A stretch of DNA of 64,000 bases, taken from contig CAWBAK010000004.1 of NCBI GenBank assembly GCA_963786805.1, positions 455,813 to 519,812 of the forward strand. Reading direction: 5' to 3'. The notes below the pieces were generated by a model that made no database searches, had not been told where the DNA came from, and saw nothing but the letters and a program-made list of their open reading frames with translations. This DNA is from an uncultured Actinomycetes bacterium (lineage in GTDB: Bacteria > Actinomycetota > UBA4738 > HRBIN12). The translations under genes were made by a program, and so were the position numbers. Each line of letters begins with the position of its first letter. Position 1 is the first letter of the stretch. Shown in pieces: positions 18,471-28,034 of this stretch.

Positions 18471-20060
18471 TTAGGCAGCCGCGTCGCTCAGGCTCATCGA
18501 CCCGCCGTACATCGTGCCATCCACCCAGACCCTCAGCGTGGCTGAGACGAAGCCTCGGCTGGGGAGGCCCGCGACGGGGGTCTCTGGGTTCAACAGGTCG
18601 AAGGTTCCCTCGAAGCGATACACCGTGGAGCCGTCAGCATTCGGTGCCGTGTCGGCCAGGGTGGCAACGCCACCGTAGAGATGGATCCCCGCGGCCGACG
18701 TGAGCCCGACTCGGAATTCGATCTGTCCGCCCGTGGGGTCAACCCCGCCCCATTGCTGGAGAGAGAACGGCCACGTGAGATCTCCTACCGAGTCCCGGGC
18801 GCCTCCCTTGACGACCTGGGAGAACTGGAATCCTCCATCGGTCCGCTCAACCTGCGACGATGCTCGCGAAGACCCATCACACGTGCAAACTTCAACGGAT
18901 TCGGTTGAAGTGCCGAAGTCGAAGGACCAGGCCGGCGCGGGTGGCACGGTCGGCTCGGGCGAGGGCTCCGGCTCGGGCGACGGCTCGGGGGATGGGGCCG
19001 GAGCCGGGGGTACCGTCGGCTCCGGGGAAGGAATCACGACGGGAGTCGGCTCCACCGGATCGGGATCGACGCGGTCGCGGTCTCTCGGCACTCGCTCCCG
19101 CACCGGCGGAGACAGGACCTCCGCCTTCGGCTCGAGCGGTGGCGCGTCGATGACCTCTGGGGCGGCGATGGGGGCTTCCGCCCGGTCGACCCGCTCGCCG
19201 CGGTCCTTCACGATCGTGGCCGCGCCGACGGTGACGCCGCCGGCCACCAACAGAGTCATCCCGGCGGCAAGGACCCGCTCGCCGAATCCGGCCCCGCTCG
19301 CGACGACCGCGGGACTGGACGCGACGCTCGACACGACCTCGGGGGTGGCCACCTGGGCGACCTGTCCGACGTGGGCAACCCGATCGACGACGCGCTTGGC
19401 GAGGTGCGTGGCCTGGAGCAGCCAGAGGAGCGGAAGCACCGCGATGGCGGCCAGTCCGCCCTTCTCGGTCACGGCGAGGAGCCAGCGGCGCCGGAAGCTG
19501 CCTTTGGCCCGATGGATCAGGGCCTTGGCCTGCGCGGGCGACATCTCCATGACCTCGCCGATCTCCCGGTGCGAGCGCCCCTCAAGCTCGCGAAGGACGA
19601 GCGCGGTCCGGTGGCTCTCGGGAAGGCCAGACAGGACCGAGAGCACCAGGTCCCGTTCGATGAGCCGTTCGACGGCATCTTCCGGGCCCTGGGCGGGATC
19701 GACCCGCTCGAACTGCTCAAGCGGCTCGTCGTCTACCAAAGGACGGCGCGTGCGCGTTCGGATCGCGTCCAACGACACGTTCGTCGCGATCCGTCCGATC
19801 CACGGCTGGAGCGCATACCTGCCGTTGAATCGGTAGAGGCCCTGGAAGACCCGGATCATGGTCTCCTGCAGGGCCTCGTCGGCGTCGTGCGCATTGGGTA
19901 GGAATCGCTGGCACACGTGCCTGGCGAGCCCGGAGTACCGACGGTGGATCTCGACGAAGGCCTCGGGGTGCCCGGCCTGGAAGTCGAGAACGAGCATGCG
20001 GTCATCCAGGGCTTTGTAATCGCCCTGTCCGTTGCGTAGGTCGGTAACCCTGATGACCAC
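18471..20060 (-). CDS. ECF (sigma-70 family) sigma factor fused to transmembrane segments, Pro-rich linker and C-terminal extracytoplasmic-type domain
   Basis: GTG 20060 preceded by AAAGGGAGA SD. Sigma region 2 (LVLDFQAGHPEAFVEIHRRY..ETMIRVFQGLYRF) and region 4 (LPESHRTALVLRELEGRSHREIGEVMEMSPAQAKALIHRAKGSF) are followed in the same frame by hydrophobic stretches (GLAAIAVLPLLWLLQA; GMTLLVAGGVTVGAATIV), a PEPSPEPEPSPEP linker and a ~150-aa Gly/Thr-rich domain. Confidence 0.7.
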   Translation of the reverse strand: MVIRVTDLRNGQGDYKALDDRMLVLDFQAGHPEAFVEIHRRYSGLARHVCQRFLPNAHDADEALQETMIRVFQGLYRFNGRYALQPWIGRIATNVSLDAIRTRTRRPLVDDEPLEQFERVDPAQGPEDAVERLIERDLVLSVLSGLPESHRTALVLRELEGRSHREIGEVMEMSPAQAKALIHRAKGSFRRRWLLAVTEKGGLAAIAVLPLLWLLQATHLAKRVVDRVAHVGQVAQVATPEVVSSVASSPAVVASGAGFGERVLAAGMTLLVAGGVTVGAATIVKDRGERVDRAEAPIAAPEVIDAPPLEPKAEVLSPPVRERVPRDRDRVDPDPVEPTPVVIPSPEPTVPPAPAPSPEPSPEPEPSPEPTVPPAPAWSFDFGTSTESVEVCTCDGSSRASSQVERTDGGFQFSQVVKGGARDSVGDLTWPFSLQQWGGVDPTGGQIEFRVGLTSAAGIHLYGGVATLADTAPNADGSTVYRFEGTFDLLNPETPVAGLPSRGFVSATLRVWVDGTMYGGSMSLSDAAA

Positions 20061-20221
20061 AGTTCTCCCTTTAACGGAACGCCGGGTGATCGTCAAAGGT
20101 TGCACGCAGAACGGCTATTCTCGCCCGCCCTCGGTCCCAACCAGCGTAACAGGAGCCCAGAGCCACCGGCCTCGGCTGACCTGGGGACGCTCATCGGAGG
20201 CAGGGAGCCGGCGGAGCCGGC

Positions 20222-21667
20222 CTAGGGGGTCGGGTCCAGGATCAGCGGGTCCCGCGGTTGCTGCCGGAAGTTGAAAGCGCCGGTGAGATCGCCGAGAACC
20301 TCGACCTCCTCGCGCACCGTCGGGCGTGAGTCCGGGCGGTCGAGCGTCGCCGGATCCAAGCGCTCCCCATCGAGGAACCGATCCTCGATCAGCTTCAGGT
20401 AGGCGTCGAAGCTCAGCATCTGGTGGTCGATGTAGCCCTGCCTGGCGAACGGACTGATGACCAGCGAGGGAACGCGCAGGCCGTAGCCGGCATCGTCGAC
20501 CCTGGGCGGCAGCACGTGGTCGTAGAAACCGCCCCAGTCGTCCCAGGTGAGGAAGATCGCGCTCGACTCCCAGGCATCGCTGTTGCCGACCGCGTTGATC
20601 AATCGCGTCACGTACGCCTGGCCCGCGTCGATCCCGCGCCCCGAGGACGGGTGGTCGCTCGCGCTTCCCGGGATGACCCAACTCACCGAGGGAAGGCTCC
20701 CGTCTCGAACCTGAGCAAGGAAGTCGTCGTGGGTCAGGATGCGGTCGAGCTGGTCGGTCTCGTGCAGCGTCGTGAAGCCCGGCAGCGGGTTGCGGGTGGA
20801 CGGCGTGTTCTCGCCGCGAAGGTCGTCGCACGGCGGGAACACACAGGTCCCGTCGGCCACGTAGTACCCCCACGACACGTCCTCTCGGTCCAGAAGCCAC
20901 GTGATGTCGGTCCAGGCGTAGATCGGCCGCTCGCCGTACTCCCACCGCTGTTCGGGAGTCTTCAGGTCCACGTTCGAGATGCACGACATCGGGTCCCGCG
21001 GGTCGGAGCAGACGGCCGACCATCCGGACACGAGGAACAGGTGGGCCGGCAACGTCCAGCCGTCGGTGGGGCCGAACATCCGGTCGTGGAGAACGAACTC
21101 GTCCGCGTAGCGCCAATAGTTGGGGATGTTCCGCCGGTCCAGGTAGCTCATGACGTCGGGCTGCAGATCGGGACCGACGAAGGGACGGCACTTCGCCGAG
21201 CGCCGCGCGACGCACCACTTCTCCGCTTCCGGGAGCGCCGCGATGTGGCCCTGCATCGATCCGCCGTCGATCGAGCGGACGGACGCCTTCTGGTTGTGCG
21301 GGCCTCCTTTGTATTCCTGCGCGCGCGAGTGATACGGGCAGGAGGGGTGCCCCAGGATGGGATCGGGGATGCAGTTCACCGGCTCGCCGTCGACGATCGT
21401 GAAACCGTCGGCTCCCGGATAGGTCCCGAAGTAGTGATCGAAGGACCGGTTCTCCTGCACGATGAAGATCAGGTGATCGAGCTTGCGGAGGCCGGAGCCG
21501 GGCCCGACGACCTCGCCACTCGCGTTCCGGATCGCCGCGTCGACGGCTGAGCCCGAGGACGCGAGGATCGCGCTCGGCAGCACGACGGCCAGCGCAACGA
21601 GCGCGCCGATGATCGGCGCACGCAAGCTCTCGATCCGCGAGGGCACGCGGAGCCGATCGATCCTCAT
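20222..21667 (-). CDS. secreted phosphoesterase family protein (phospholipase C / acid phosphatase-like)
   Basis: ATG 21667; signal [38 protein letters not shown]; [21 protein letters not shown] is the hallmark of the phosphoesterase (PlcN/AcpA) family. Only the last 482 codons of table ORF 20222..23620 are used. Confidence 0.85.
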   Translation of the reverse strand: MRIDRLRVPSRIESLRAPIIGALVALAVVLPSAILASSGSAVDAAIRNASGEVVGPGSGLRKLDHLIFIVQENRSFDHYFGTYPGADGFTIVDGEPVNCIPDPILGHPSCPYHSRAQEYKGGPHNQKASVRSIDGGSMQGHIAALPEAEKWCVARRSAKCRPFVGPDLQPDVMSYLDRRNIPNYWRYADEFVLHDRMFGPTDGWTLPAHLFLVSGWSAVCSDPRDPMSCISNVDLKTPEQRWEYGERPIYAWTDITWLLDREDVSWGYYVADGTCVFPPCDDLRGENTPSTRNPLPGFTTLHETDQLDRILTHDDFLAQVRDGSLPSVSWVIPGSASDHPSSGRGIDAGQAYVTRLINAVGNSDAWESSAIFLTWDDWGGFYDHVLPPRVDDAGYGLRVPSLVISPFARQGYIDHQMLSFDAYLKLIEDRFLDGERLDPATLDRPDSRPTVREEVEVLGDLTGAFNFRQQPRDPLILDPTP

Positions 21668-21862
21668 CGAGGCCTCGACTCTAAGCGCACGCACGTTCGG
21701 GCGGGTGTGGGGCGACCTGGTGACTTGGCCACTTCGAGCGTATCGGCCGCCTGGCGCCGGAACCGTAGGCGGCGGTGTGGGCCGAGGGGGCAACCACGGC
21801 CGGCCGCAGCCTAGGACGTTGCGCGGTAGAGGGGTGCCGGATGCCGCCGTACGGTCAGTTCG

Positions 21863-22912
21863 ATGCACCTCGTCCCCACCACCCGACGTTTGGTGGCGGT
21901 CGCCCTCGCGGCGGCCCTGGTCGTTGGCGTCGCGCCGGGTGTGGTTGCCGGTGCGGACGACGAGGTGGATCAGGTCCTCAAGGAGCTCCACAAGACCAAG
22001 GATCGGATCCGGGCCCGCTCCCACAAGCTCCGCCTGCTCCAGCGAGACCTCAACCGGCTCGCGACCTCCATCTCGCAGAACGAGGCACAGATCCACGAGG
22101 CCGACGAGCGGATGGGGGTGCTCGAGGGCGAGATCGACGTGCTGGAGGACGAGAACCTCGTGCTCGAGGGCCGGCTCGGGGACCGCAACCGCGAGGCCTA
22201 CATCCTGGGACCGGGCGCGCCATTCCTCTACTTGCTGACCGCGACCTCGGCCGAGGACGCGGCGGCGCGGATGTCGATCCTCACCGAGATGAACCGCCGG
22301 GACGCCGAGCTCGCGGTCGCGGTTCACCAGAACACGCAACGGCTCGGACGCGCGCGGGTCGAGCTGGTCCGGCTCCAAAGGACCCGGCAGCTCTCGATCC
22401 AGCAGCTCGAGCTCGACAAGGCCGAACTCCGGGAGCGACTCGCCGACGTCCGGAAGCTCTACGCGAGCCTCCAGATCATCAAGGAAGAGATCCTGTACCG
22501 GCTCTCCCGGATCCGGCCCTTCGCCGTGTGTCCGATCCAGGGTCCGCACGCGATCGCGAACGACTTCGGCATCTGGGTCCATCGCTCGAAGGAGCGGGGC
22601 GGAGACCACGTCCACCAGGGCAACGACATGATGTCCCCGATGGGAACCCCGGTCGTCGCGCCGTTCGATGGCGTCGCGGTCGCCGCCCCGAACAAGCTGG
22701 GCGGCCTGGCGGTCAAGGTGTTCGGCGACTACGGATACGTGTACATGGCCCACTCGTCCAGCTACGGCCAGCTCGGAGCGGTCGAGACCGGCGATGTGGT
22801 CGCGTACGTCGGAGCCACCGGAAACACGGGCGCGCCACACGTTCACTTCGAGTGGCATCCGGGCAACGGCGCGGCGGTCGACCCCTACCCGTTCCTGATG
22901 AAGGTCTGCTAG
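21863..22912 (+). CDS. M23 family metallopeptidase with N-terminal coiled-coil (murein hydrolase activator-like)
   Basis: 349 aa; signal [31 protein letters not shown]; long coiled-coil; C-terminal LytM domain [36 protein letters not shown]. Confidence 0.85.
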   Translation: MHLVPTTRRLVAVALAAALVVGVAPGVVAGADDEVDQVLKELHKTKDRIRARSHKLRLLQRDLNRLATSISQNEAQIHEADERMGVLEGEIDVLEDENLVLEGRLGDRNREAYILGPGAPFLYLLTATSAEDAAARMSILTEMNRRDAELAVAVHQNTQRLGRARVELVRLQRTRQLSIQQLELDKAELRERLADVRKLYASLQIIKEEILYRLSRIRPFAVCPIQGPHAIANDFGIWVHRSKERGGDHVHQGNDMMSPMGTPVVAPFDGVAVAAPNKLGGLAVKVFGDYGYVYMAHSSSYGQLGAVETGDVVAYVGATGNTGAPHVHFEWHPGNGAAVDPYPFLMKVC

Positions 22913-22941
22913 GCGCTCCGGGCGAGTCGGCCGCTCCTCGT

Positions 22942-23520
22942 TCAGCGACTCTTCTGAAGGGCGATCAGCTCCGAGATCTGTCCGCGCATCTCCTGGAGGC
23001 TTCGCGAGATCCCCGACAGTTGTTCCTGCACCCGGTCCGAGCGCAGACCGAGGGCCTGGAAACGCTCCTCGGTGAGCTCGAGCATCCCTCGGATCGACCG
23101 GGCCTGCTGCGATCCGGGCGCCGTCGCTCGGCCGGCCGGGACCGCCGCGATCTGCGCGGCTTGTGAGCGCAGGATCGTCTCGGCCATCGCGAAGACGCGC
23201 TTCTGCGCCGCGCGGGCGAGGGCCTCCTGCCGCCACCAGTGACGGAAGTTCCTCACCATCCCCTTCCGGCCGTGGCGCGGGCCGGGGGTTGAAGGCGCCG
23301 GCGGGATGAACGCGATCGGGGACCGTTCGAGCTCGACCACGGGACCGCCCATCGAATCCATCAAGGCCTCGACCAGCGAGAGGCGAACCCCCGGCTCCTC
23401 CTCCATGGGAGCCCACGGGTCCGCGGTGGTCGCTCGCGGGCCGGGGACGGCGTCCGACCTCCGTGCGATCGTGAACAGCGGCTCCGATGCGGGGCGTGCC
23501 GTTCGATCCTCCAGCGTCAT
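22942..23520 (-). CDS. hypothetical protein (C-terminal coiled-coil)
   Basis: 192-aa ORF with plausible composition and no domain recognised; the start could be an internal Met. Confidence 0.4.
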   Translation of the reverse strand: MTLEDRTARPASEPLFTIARRSDAVPGPRATTADPWAPMEEEPGVRLSLVEALMDSMGGPVVELERSPIAFIPPAPSTPGPRHGRKGMVRNFRHWWRQEALARAAQKRVFAMAETILRSQAAQIAAVPAGRATAPGSQQARSIRGMLELTEERFQALGLRSDRVQEQLSGISRSLQEMRGQISELIALQKSR

Positions 23521-23718
23521 CTCCGTTCGCCTCCTCGGGGGGGAAGAACCCGCGGATCGGCGCGAGCGTCACCGCCGGTCCGGGGTGGAGAACCGTAGAG
23601 CCGGGCGAGGGGCCTTTCAACGACCCGGGCCTGTCTCACTCTTCGGCCCGTTGTTCGGCCTCGTTGGATCGCTGCCGTTCCCGGTAGGGTCGATGCAGAC
23701 ACGACCGAGGAGGCCGAG

Positions 23719-24150
23719 ATGCCGGTTCGCACCGCCGATGCCGAGTGGACGGGGACCCTTCAGGAGGGCACGGGGCGCATGCGTTTCGGAGGGGGCGCGT
23801 TCGAGGGCCAGTACTCGTTCGGCTCGCGCTTCGAGGAGGGCGAGGGAACGAACCCCGAGGAGCTCATCGCGGCGGCGCACGCCGGGTGTTACTCGATGGC
23901 GTTCTCGGGCAACCTCGTCAAGGCGGGATTCGCGCCCGAGCACATCTCGACGACGGCGGTGGTTCATCTCGACAAGGGCGAGTCCGGCTTCTCGATCTCG
24001 GGGATCGAGTTGAAAACCGAAGCGAAGGTGGGCGGCGACATCGACGATGCACGCTTCCAGGAGATCGCGGCGCAGACCAAGGACGGATGTCCCGTGTCCC
24101 GAGCGCTCGCCGCGATCGGAGACATCAGCGTGACGGCCAAGCTGCTCTGA
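23719..24150 (+). CDS. OsmC/Ohr family peroxiredoxin
   Basis: 143 aa; ..[25 protein letters not shown].. has the two conserved Cys motifs. Confidence 0.9.
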   Translation: MPVRTADAEWTGTLQEGTGRMRFGGGAFEGQYSFGSRFEEGEGTNPEELIAAAHAGCYSMAFSGNLVKAGFAPEHISTTAVVHLDKGESGFSISGIELKTEAKVGGDIDDARFQEIAAQTKDGCPVSRALAAIGDISVTAKLL

Positions 24151-24165
24151 GAACGGGCGGTCGGC

Positions 24166-24195
24166 GGCGGGGCGACATCCGGACGCCGCCCCGCC
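24166..24195. terminator. GC-rich stem-loop (GGCGGGGCG ~12 nt CGCCCCGCC) after the osmC-like stop
   Basis: 9-bp perfect stem 16 nt downstream of TGA 24148-24150; no U-tract, typical of high-GC intrinsic terminators. Confidence 0.25.
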
Positions 24196-24248
24196 TCGTA
24201 CCATCCATGGTTCCCCGACGTTCCGAGAGACCGGGAGGTGGCACACCT

Positions 24249-24612
24249 ATGAAGAGGTCACATGCCCGTATCGCCGTGGTCGCGGCAACCGCGATCGCGC
24301 TGGTGGTCCCCGCCATCGCGGCCGAGGCGCAGCGTCAGCCGGCGCGGCCTGGGCCCGCTCGGCACCGCCGCGAGGGTCAGGATGGTGGACGGCAATCGTT
24401 TCCGGCCGGCCACCTTGACCGTCGCCCGCGGCACGAGGGTGCGATGGGTGAACAGCGACAACGTCTCGCACACCACCACGTCGAACACGGGGGTCTGGGC
24501 GGCGACGCTTTCCCCTGGTGAGCGCTTCGCGCGCCGGTTCCGCCGCGCGGGCGAGTTCAACTATCGGTGCACGATCCACACGGGGATGATCGGGAGGATC
24601 GTCGTCAACTAG
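24249..24612 (+). CDS. secreted cupredoxin (plastocyanin/amicyanin-like blue copper protein); frameshift ~24340
   Basis: ATG 24249 with GGGAGGTGG SD; signal MKRSHARIAVVAATAIALVVPAIAAEAQ in the frame of ORF 23745..24521. The mature domain VRMVDGNRFRPATLTVARGTRVRWVNSDNVSHTT..YRCTIHTGMIGRIVVN (His..Cys-x2-His-x2-Met copper ligands) is in the frame of ORF 24262..24612. Confidence 0.65.
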
Positions 24613-24646
24613 CAGCGCCTCTCTATCATCCGGTCAGGCGAGACGG

Positions 24647-24994
24647 GATGGGAGCGGCGATGGCCGAGCTCGGCGCTGGGGTCTACGTCACCAGGATCGA
24701 TACCGACGACTGGGAGCCCGACGAGGAAGTTGGTGGCTCCGCCCACATGCTGTTCGACGAGGCAGACGATTCCAAGGTCGGTCTGTGGAAGGCTGAGCGG
24801 GCCCGGTGAACCCGACCGAGGTGGAGCTCCCGGCCAGGGAGACGATCATCGTCCTCGAGGGCAAGGTGCGCATCGAGATCGAAGGGAGCCCGACGCTCGA
24901 GCTGGGATCGGGCGACCTGGTCTCGATCCCGAGGGCCGCCCGGATCACGTGGGCTCCCGATCCCGATTGCCGGGTGGTCTGGGTCTACTCGTGA
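24647..24994 (+). CDS. cupin domain protein (DUF861/cupin_3-like); frameshift ~24805
   Basis: N-half ..VTRIDTDDWEPDEEVGGSAHMLFDEADDSKVGLWKAE ends at TGA 24807-24809; C-half NPTEVELPARETIIVLEGKVRIEIEGSPTLELGSGDLVSIPRAARITW continues one base out of frame. Together they form one ~115-aa cupin. Confidence 0.6.
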
Positions 24995-25029
24995 GCTCGG
25001 CCGGGTGATCGTCGGTCGACGAACGCCGG

Positions 25030-25849
25030 CTAGGAGGCCGCTCGCTCGAGGGCTCGCCTCGCCGCCTGGCCGTTCAGCCGGACCGCGATCAAGATGGTCG
25101 TGAAGCTCACGGCCAGGAGCAGGGTCGCGATCGCGTTGATCACCGGCGTCAGACCGAATCGGATCCTCGAGTAGACGCGGATCGGGAACGTGACCGAGGT
25201 AGGCCCGGACGTGAAGAACGCGATGATGAACTCGTCGAAGGAGAGCGTGAAGGCGATGAGTGCGCCCGCTGCGATGCCGGGGACGATCAGGGGCAGCGTC
25301 ACTCGGAGGAAGGTCGCGGCGTTGCTCGCACCGAGATCGTGCGCCGCCTCTTCGATCGACCGATCGAAGTACGCGAGGCGCGTCCGGACGATCGCCGACA
25401 CGAAGATCATGTCGAACACGACGTGAGCGGCGATGACCGTGTGCAGCCCGAGGGCGACTCCCGCCAGGGTGAAGAACGACAGGAGGCCGATCGCCAAGCA
25501 CGATGTCGGGAACGACGGCCGGGAGGAAGAGGAGGCTGTCGAGCACCCGGCTCCGAACGGTCCGCTCGAGCCCGAGCGCAAGCAAGGTGCCGAGCACGGT
25601 CGAGATGACCGTCACGGCGAGGGCGACGAACACCGTGTTCTTGAGGGCATCGATCAGATCCTGGCTCCTCAGGAGCTCGCCGTACCACTCGGTCGAGAAC
25701 CCGCTCCAGCGCGTGGGCTGACCGCCTCGATTGAAGGACAGCACCACGATCACGAGGATCGGCAGGTACAGGAACCCGTAGACGAAGACGCTGCTCGCGG
25801 TCAGCAACGCGATCGCGCGTGCGCCCGGCCTACGTGACATGGGGCGCAT
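25030..25849 (-). CDS. ABC transporter permease (PotC-like); frameshift ~25500
   Basis: ATG 25849 (MRPMSRRPGARAIALLTASSVFVYGFLYLPILVIVVLSF..) in one frame; C-terminal two-thirds (..IGLLSFFTLAGVALGL..DLGASNAATFLRVTLPLIVPG..) in ORF 25030..25581. Confidence 0.7.
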
Positions 25850-26630
25850 GCCGTTTCTCTCGGTTGAGGATCCAGGATTGAACCAGCAGCAGGAGCAGCG
25901 TGATCATCATCACGAACAGGGCGAACGTCGCTCCGAACGGCCAATCTCGCGCCTGGAAGAACTGGCTCTGGATCAGGTTGCCGACCATGATCTCCTTCCC
26001 GCCCCCCAAGCAGATCGGGCACGATGAAGTTCCCGAGGCTCGGCACGAAGACGAAGATGCAACCGGCCATCACCCGGGAAGCGTGAGCGGGAGCGTGACC
26101 CGGAAGAACGCCCGCACCGGGCCCGCGCCGAGGTCGGAGGCCGCTTCCCGCGGCGGCCGGCCGAGGCGCTCGATCGACGCGTAGAGCGGCAGGATCATCA
26201 GCGGCAGGTACGCGTAGAGCAGGCCGACGACGATCGCGAACTCGTTGTTGAGGAGCGGGAGGGAGCCCTCGACGAGCCCGGCGCCGCGCAACGACCGGTT
26301 GATCAAGCCCTCGTTGCCCAGGAGCACGATCCACGCGTACGTCCGGATCAGCAGGTTCGTCCAGAACGGAAGGACGACCAGGACCAGCAGGCCGAGCCGG
26401 TATCGCGCGGGCCGAGTGGCGATGAAGTACGCAACCGCGTAGCCGAGGAAGAGGGCGATCGCCGTGGTGAGCAGCGCGGTTCGCAGCGAGAACAGCAGGA
26501 CGTCGACGAAGAGCGGGTCCAACGCGCGCCCGTAGTTGTCGAACGTGAACGTGTAGTCGATGCCCCCGGTGGGACTTCTGCGGAAGAAGCTGTACGCGAG
26601 GACCAGCCCAGCGGGGACCAGGAACAGCAC
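25830..26630 (-). CDS. ABC transporter permease (PotB-like); at least 2 frameshifts
   Basis: N-part ORF 26070..26630 (..TFTFDNYGRALDPLFVDVLL..DLGAGPVRAFFRVTLPLTLPG) aligns with E. coli PotB. The C-part IAGCIFVFVPSLGNFIVPDLLGG then ..MVGNLIQSQFFQARDWPFGATFALFVMMITLLLLL..* (stop 25830-25832) is spread over two more frames; one switch is at the C6 run 26002-26007. Confidence 0.7.
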
Positions 26631-26750
26631 GCGACCAGTAGGCCAGACCCGGCCCGATCAAGAGCGCGCGCCGAGCCCACGGGCCGCTCTGGCCGGCCGC
26701 TCCAGGCGATCGCTTCTTCGTGCTCGCCGGGACCCCGCTCGGCGGTACGG

Positions 26751-27863
26751 CTACGCCGCCTTGATCTCTGCCACCGCCTGCGTCCACGCCGCCTGAGCAT
26801 CGGCGCCGAGCGGGAGGTCCTCCTCGTAGCCGAGGAGCTCGTCCGGCGAGATCCCCATGTTCGGGTAGGCCTCGACGATGGCGGGATCGAGCAGGTCCAT
26901 CGCGGCGCCGCTCGGGACCTTGTAGAGCACCAGCTCGGCGACCTTCACGTGGTTCGCGGGGTCGAGCACGAAGTTGATGAAGGCGTGCGCCCCTTCCTTG
27001 TTCTCCGAGGACTCGAGGATGATCATCGTGTCGGCGAACAGGTCGCTGCCCTCGCTCGGCACGACGAACTCGACGTTCTCGTTCGTCGCGTAGTTGCACC
27101 AGCCGTCCCACGCGTGGACGAGGCCGGCACTCCCGTCGTCGAGCCGGGCATAGAAGTCGGTGTCGTTGAACTGAAGCAGGCTGTCCTTCGCGGCGAGCGT
27201 GAGCTGCTTCGCCTCCTCGATCTGGGCAAGGTCCTCCGTGTTGATCGAATACCCCAGGCTGAGCAGCGCGGGCTGCAGCATCCACCGCTCCGTGGTGAGG
27301 ATCGTGACCTTGCCTTCGAGCTCGGGTGCCGGCTCGAGGAGGTCCTGCCAGCTATCGATCTCGGTGTCGACGAGGTCGGTGCGGTAGCACAGACCGGTCG
27401 TCCCCCACGTGTAGGGAACGGAGTACACGTTGCCCGGGTCGAAGGCGAGCTCGGTCGCCTCGGGGTAGAGGTTCGAGATGTTCGGGAGCTGCGAATGATC
27501 GAGCTCGGCCAGCCACCCGTTGTCGACGAGCGTCTGGATGTAGTTGCCAGTGACCATGACCACGTCGAAGCCCGCTCCCCCGGCGGCCTGGACCTTCCCG
27601 AGCATGTCCTCGTTGTTCACGAACTCCGAGAGCGTGACCTCGACGCCGGTCTGGGCGGTGAAGTCCTCGAGGAAACCCTCGGGCGTGTACGCGCCGAAGT
27701 TCCCGAAGACGATCTCCTGGTCCTCGAGCGGGACGGCGGGATCGTCGGGGCTTGACGGACCCGGGTCATCCGAACCGCAAGCCGCGGCAACCAGCAACGT
27801 TGCGAGGACGAGCGGAAGGAAACGAACGACGCGAGATCGGTACACGAATGCCCCCCTGACCAC
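26751..27863 (-). CDS. spermidine/putrescine-type ABC transporter substrate-binding lipoprotein (PotD-like)
   Basis: 370 aa, intact; signal/lipobox FLPLVLATLLVAAACGSDD; PotD-like body. Confidence 0.85.
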   Translation of the reverse strand: MVRGAFVYRSRVVRFLPLVLATLLVAAACGSDDPGPSSPDDPAVPLEDQEIVFGNFGAYTPEGFLEDFTAQTGVEVTLSEFVNNEDMLGKVQAAGGAGFDVVMVTGNYIQTLVDNGWLAELDHSQLPNISNLYPEATELAFDPGNVYSVPYTWGTTGLCYRTDLVDTEIDSWQDLLEPAPELEGKVTILTTERWMLQPALLSLGYSINTEDLAQIEEAKQLTLAAKDSLLQFNDTDFYARLDDGSAGLVHAWDGWCNYATNENVEFVVPSEGSDLFADTMIILESSENKEGAHAFINFVLDPANHVKVAELVLYKVPSGAAMDLLDPAIVEAYPNMGISPDELLGYEEDLPLGADAQAAWTQAVAEIKAA

Positions 27864-28034
27864 CCGATTCGGCTCGGACTATATGCGGGCGCCGCGAAGA
27901 CCGGTCAACGCACGCTTCCCGGACGTGCTTCGGAGACGGCGTGCTCCGGAGACGGCGTGCTTCGTACTAGGCTCCCTCGATCACGGCACGCGGTGCGCTG
28001 CCGACAGGCGAGATTCCAGGAGGTCGGAACGGCG

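Noticed and set aside
21668-23620. Upstream 650 codons of minus ORF 20222..23620, and the plus ORFs 21483..22238, 21775..23166
   Set aside because: Arg-rich nonsense overlapping the well-defined M23 peptidase gene. The phosphoesterase clearly starts at the signal peptide (ATG 21667).
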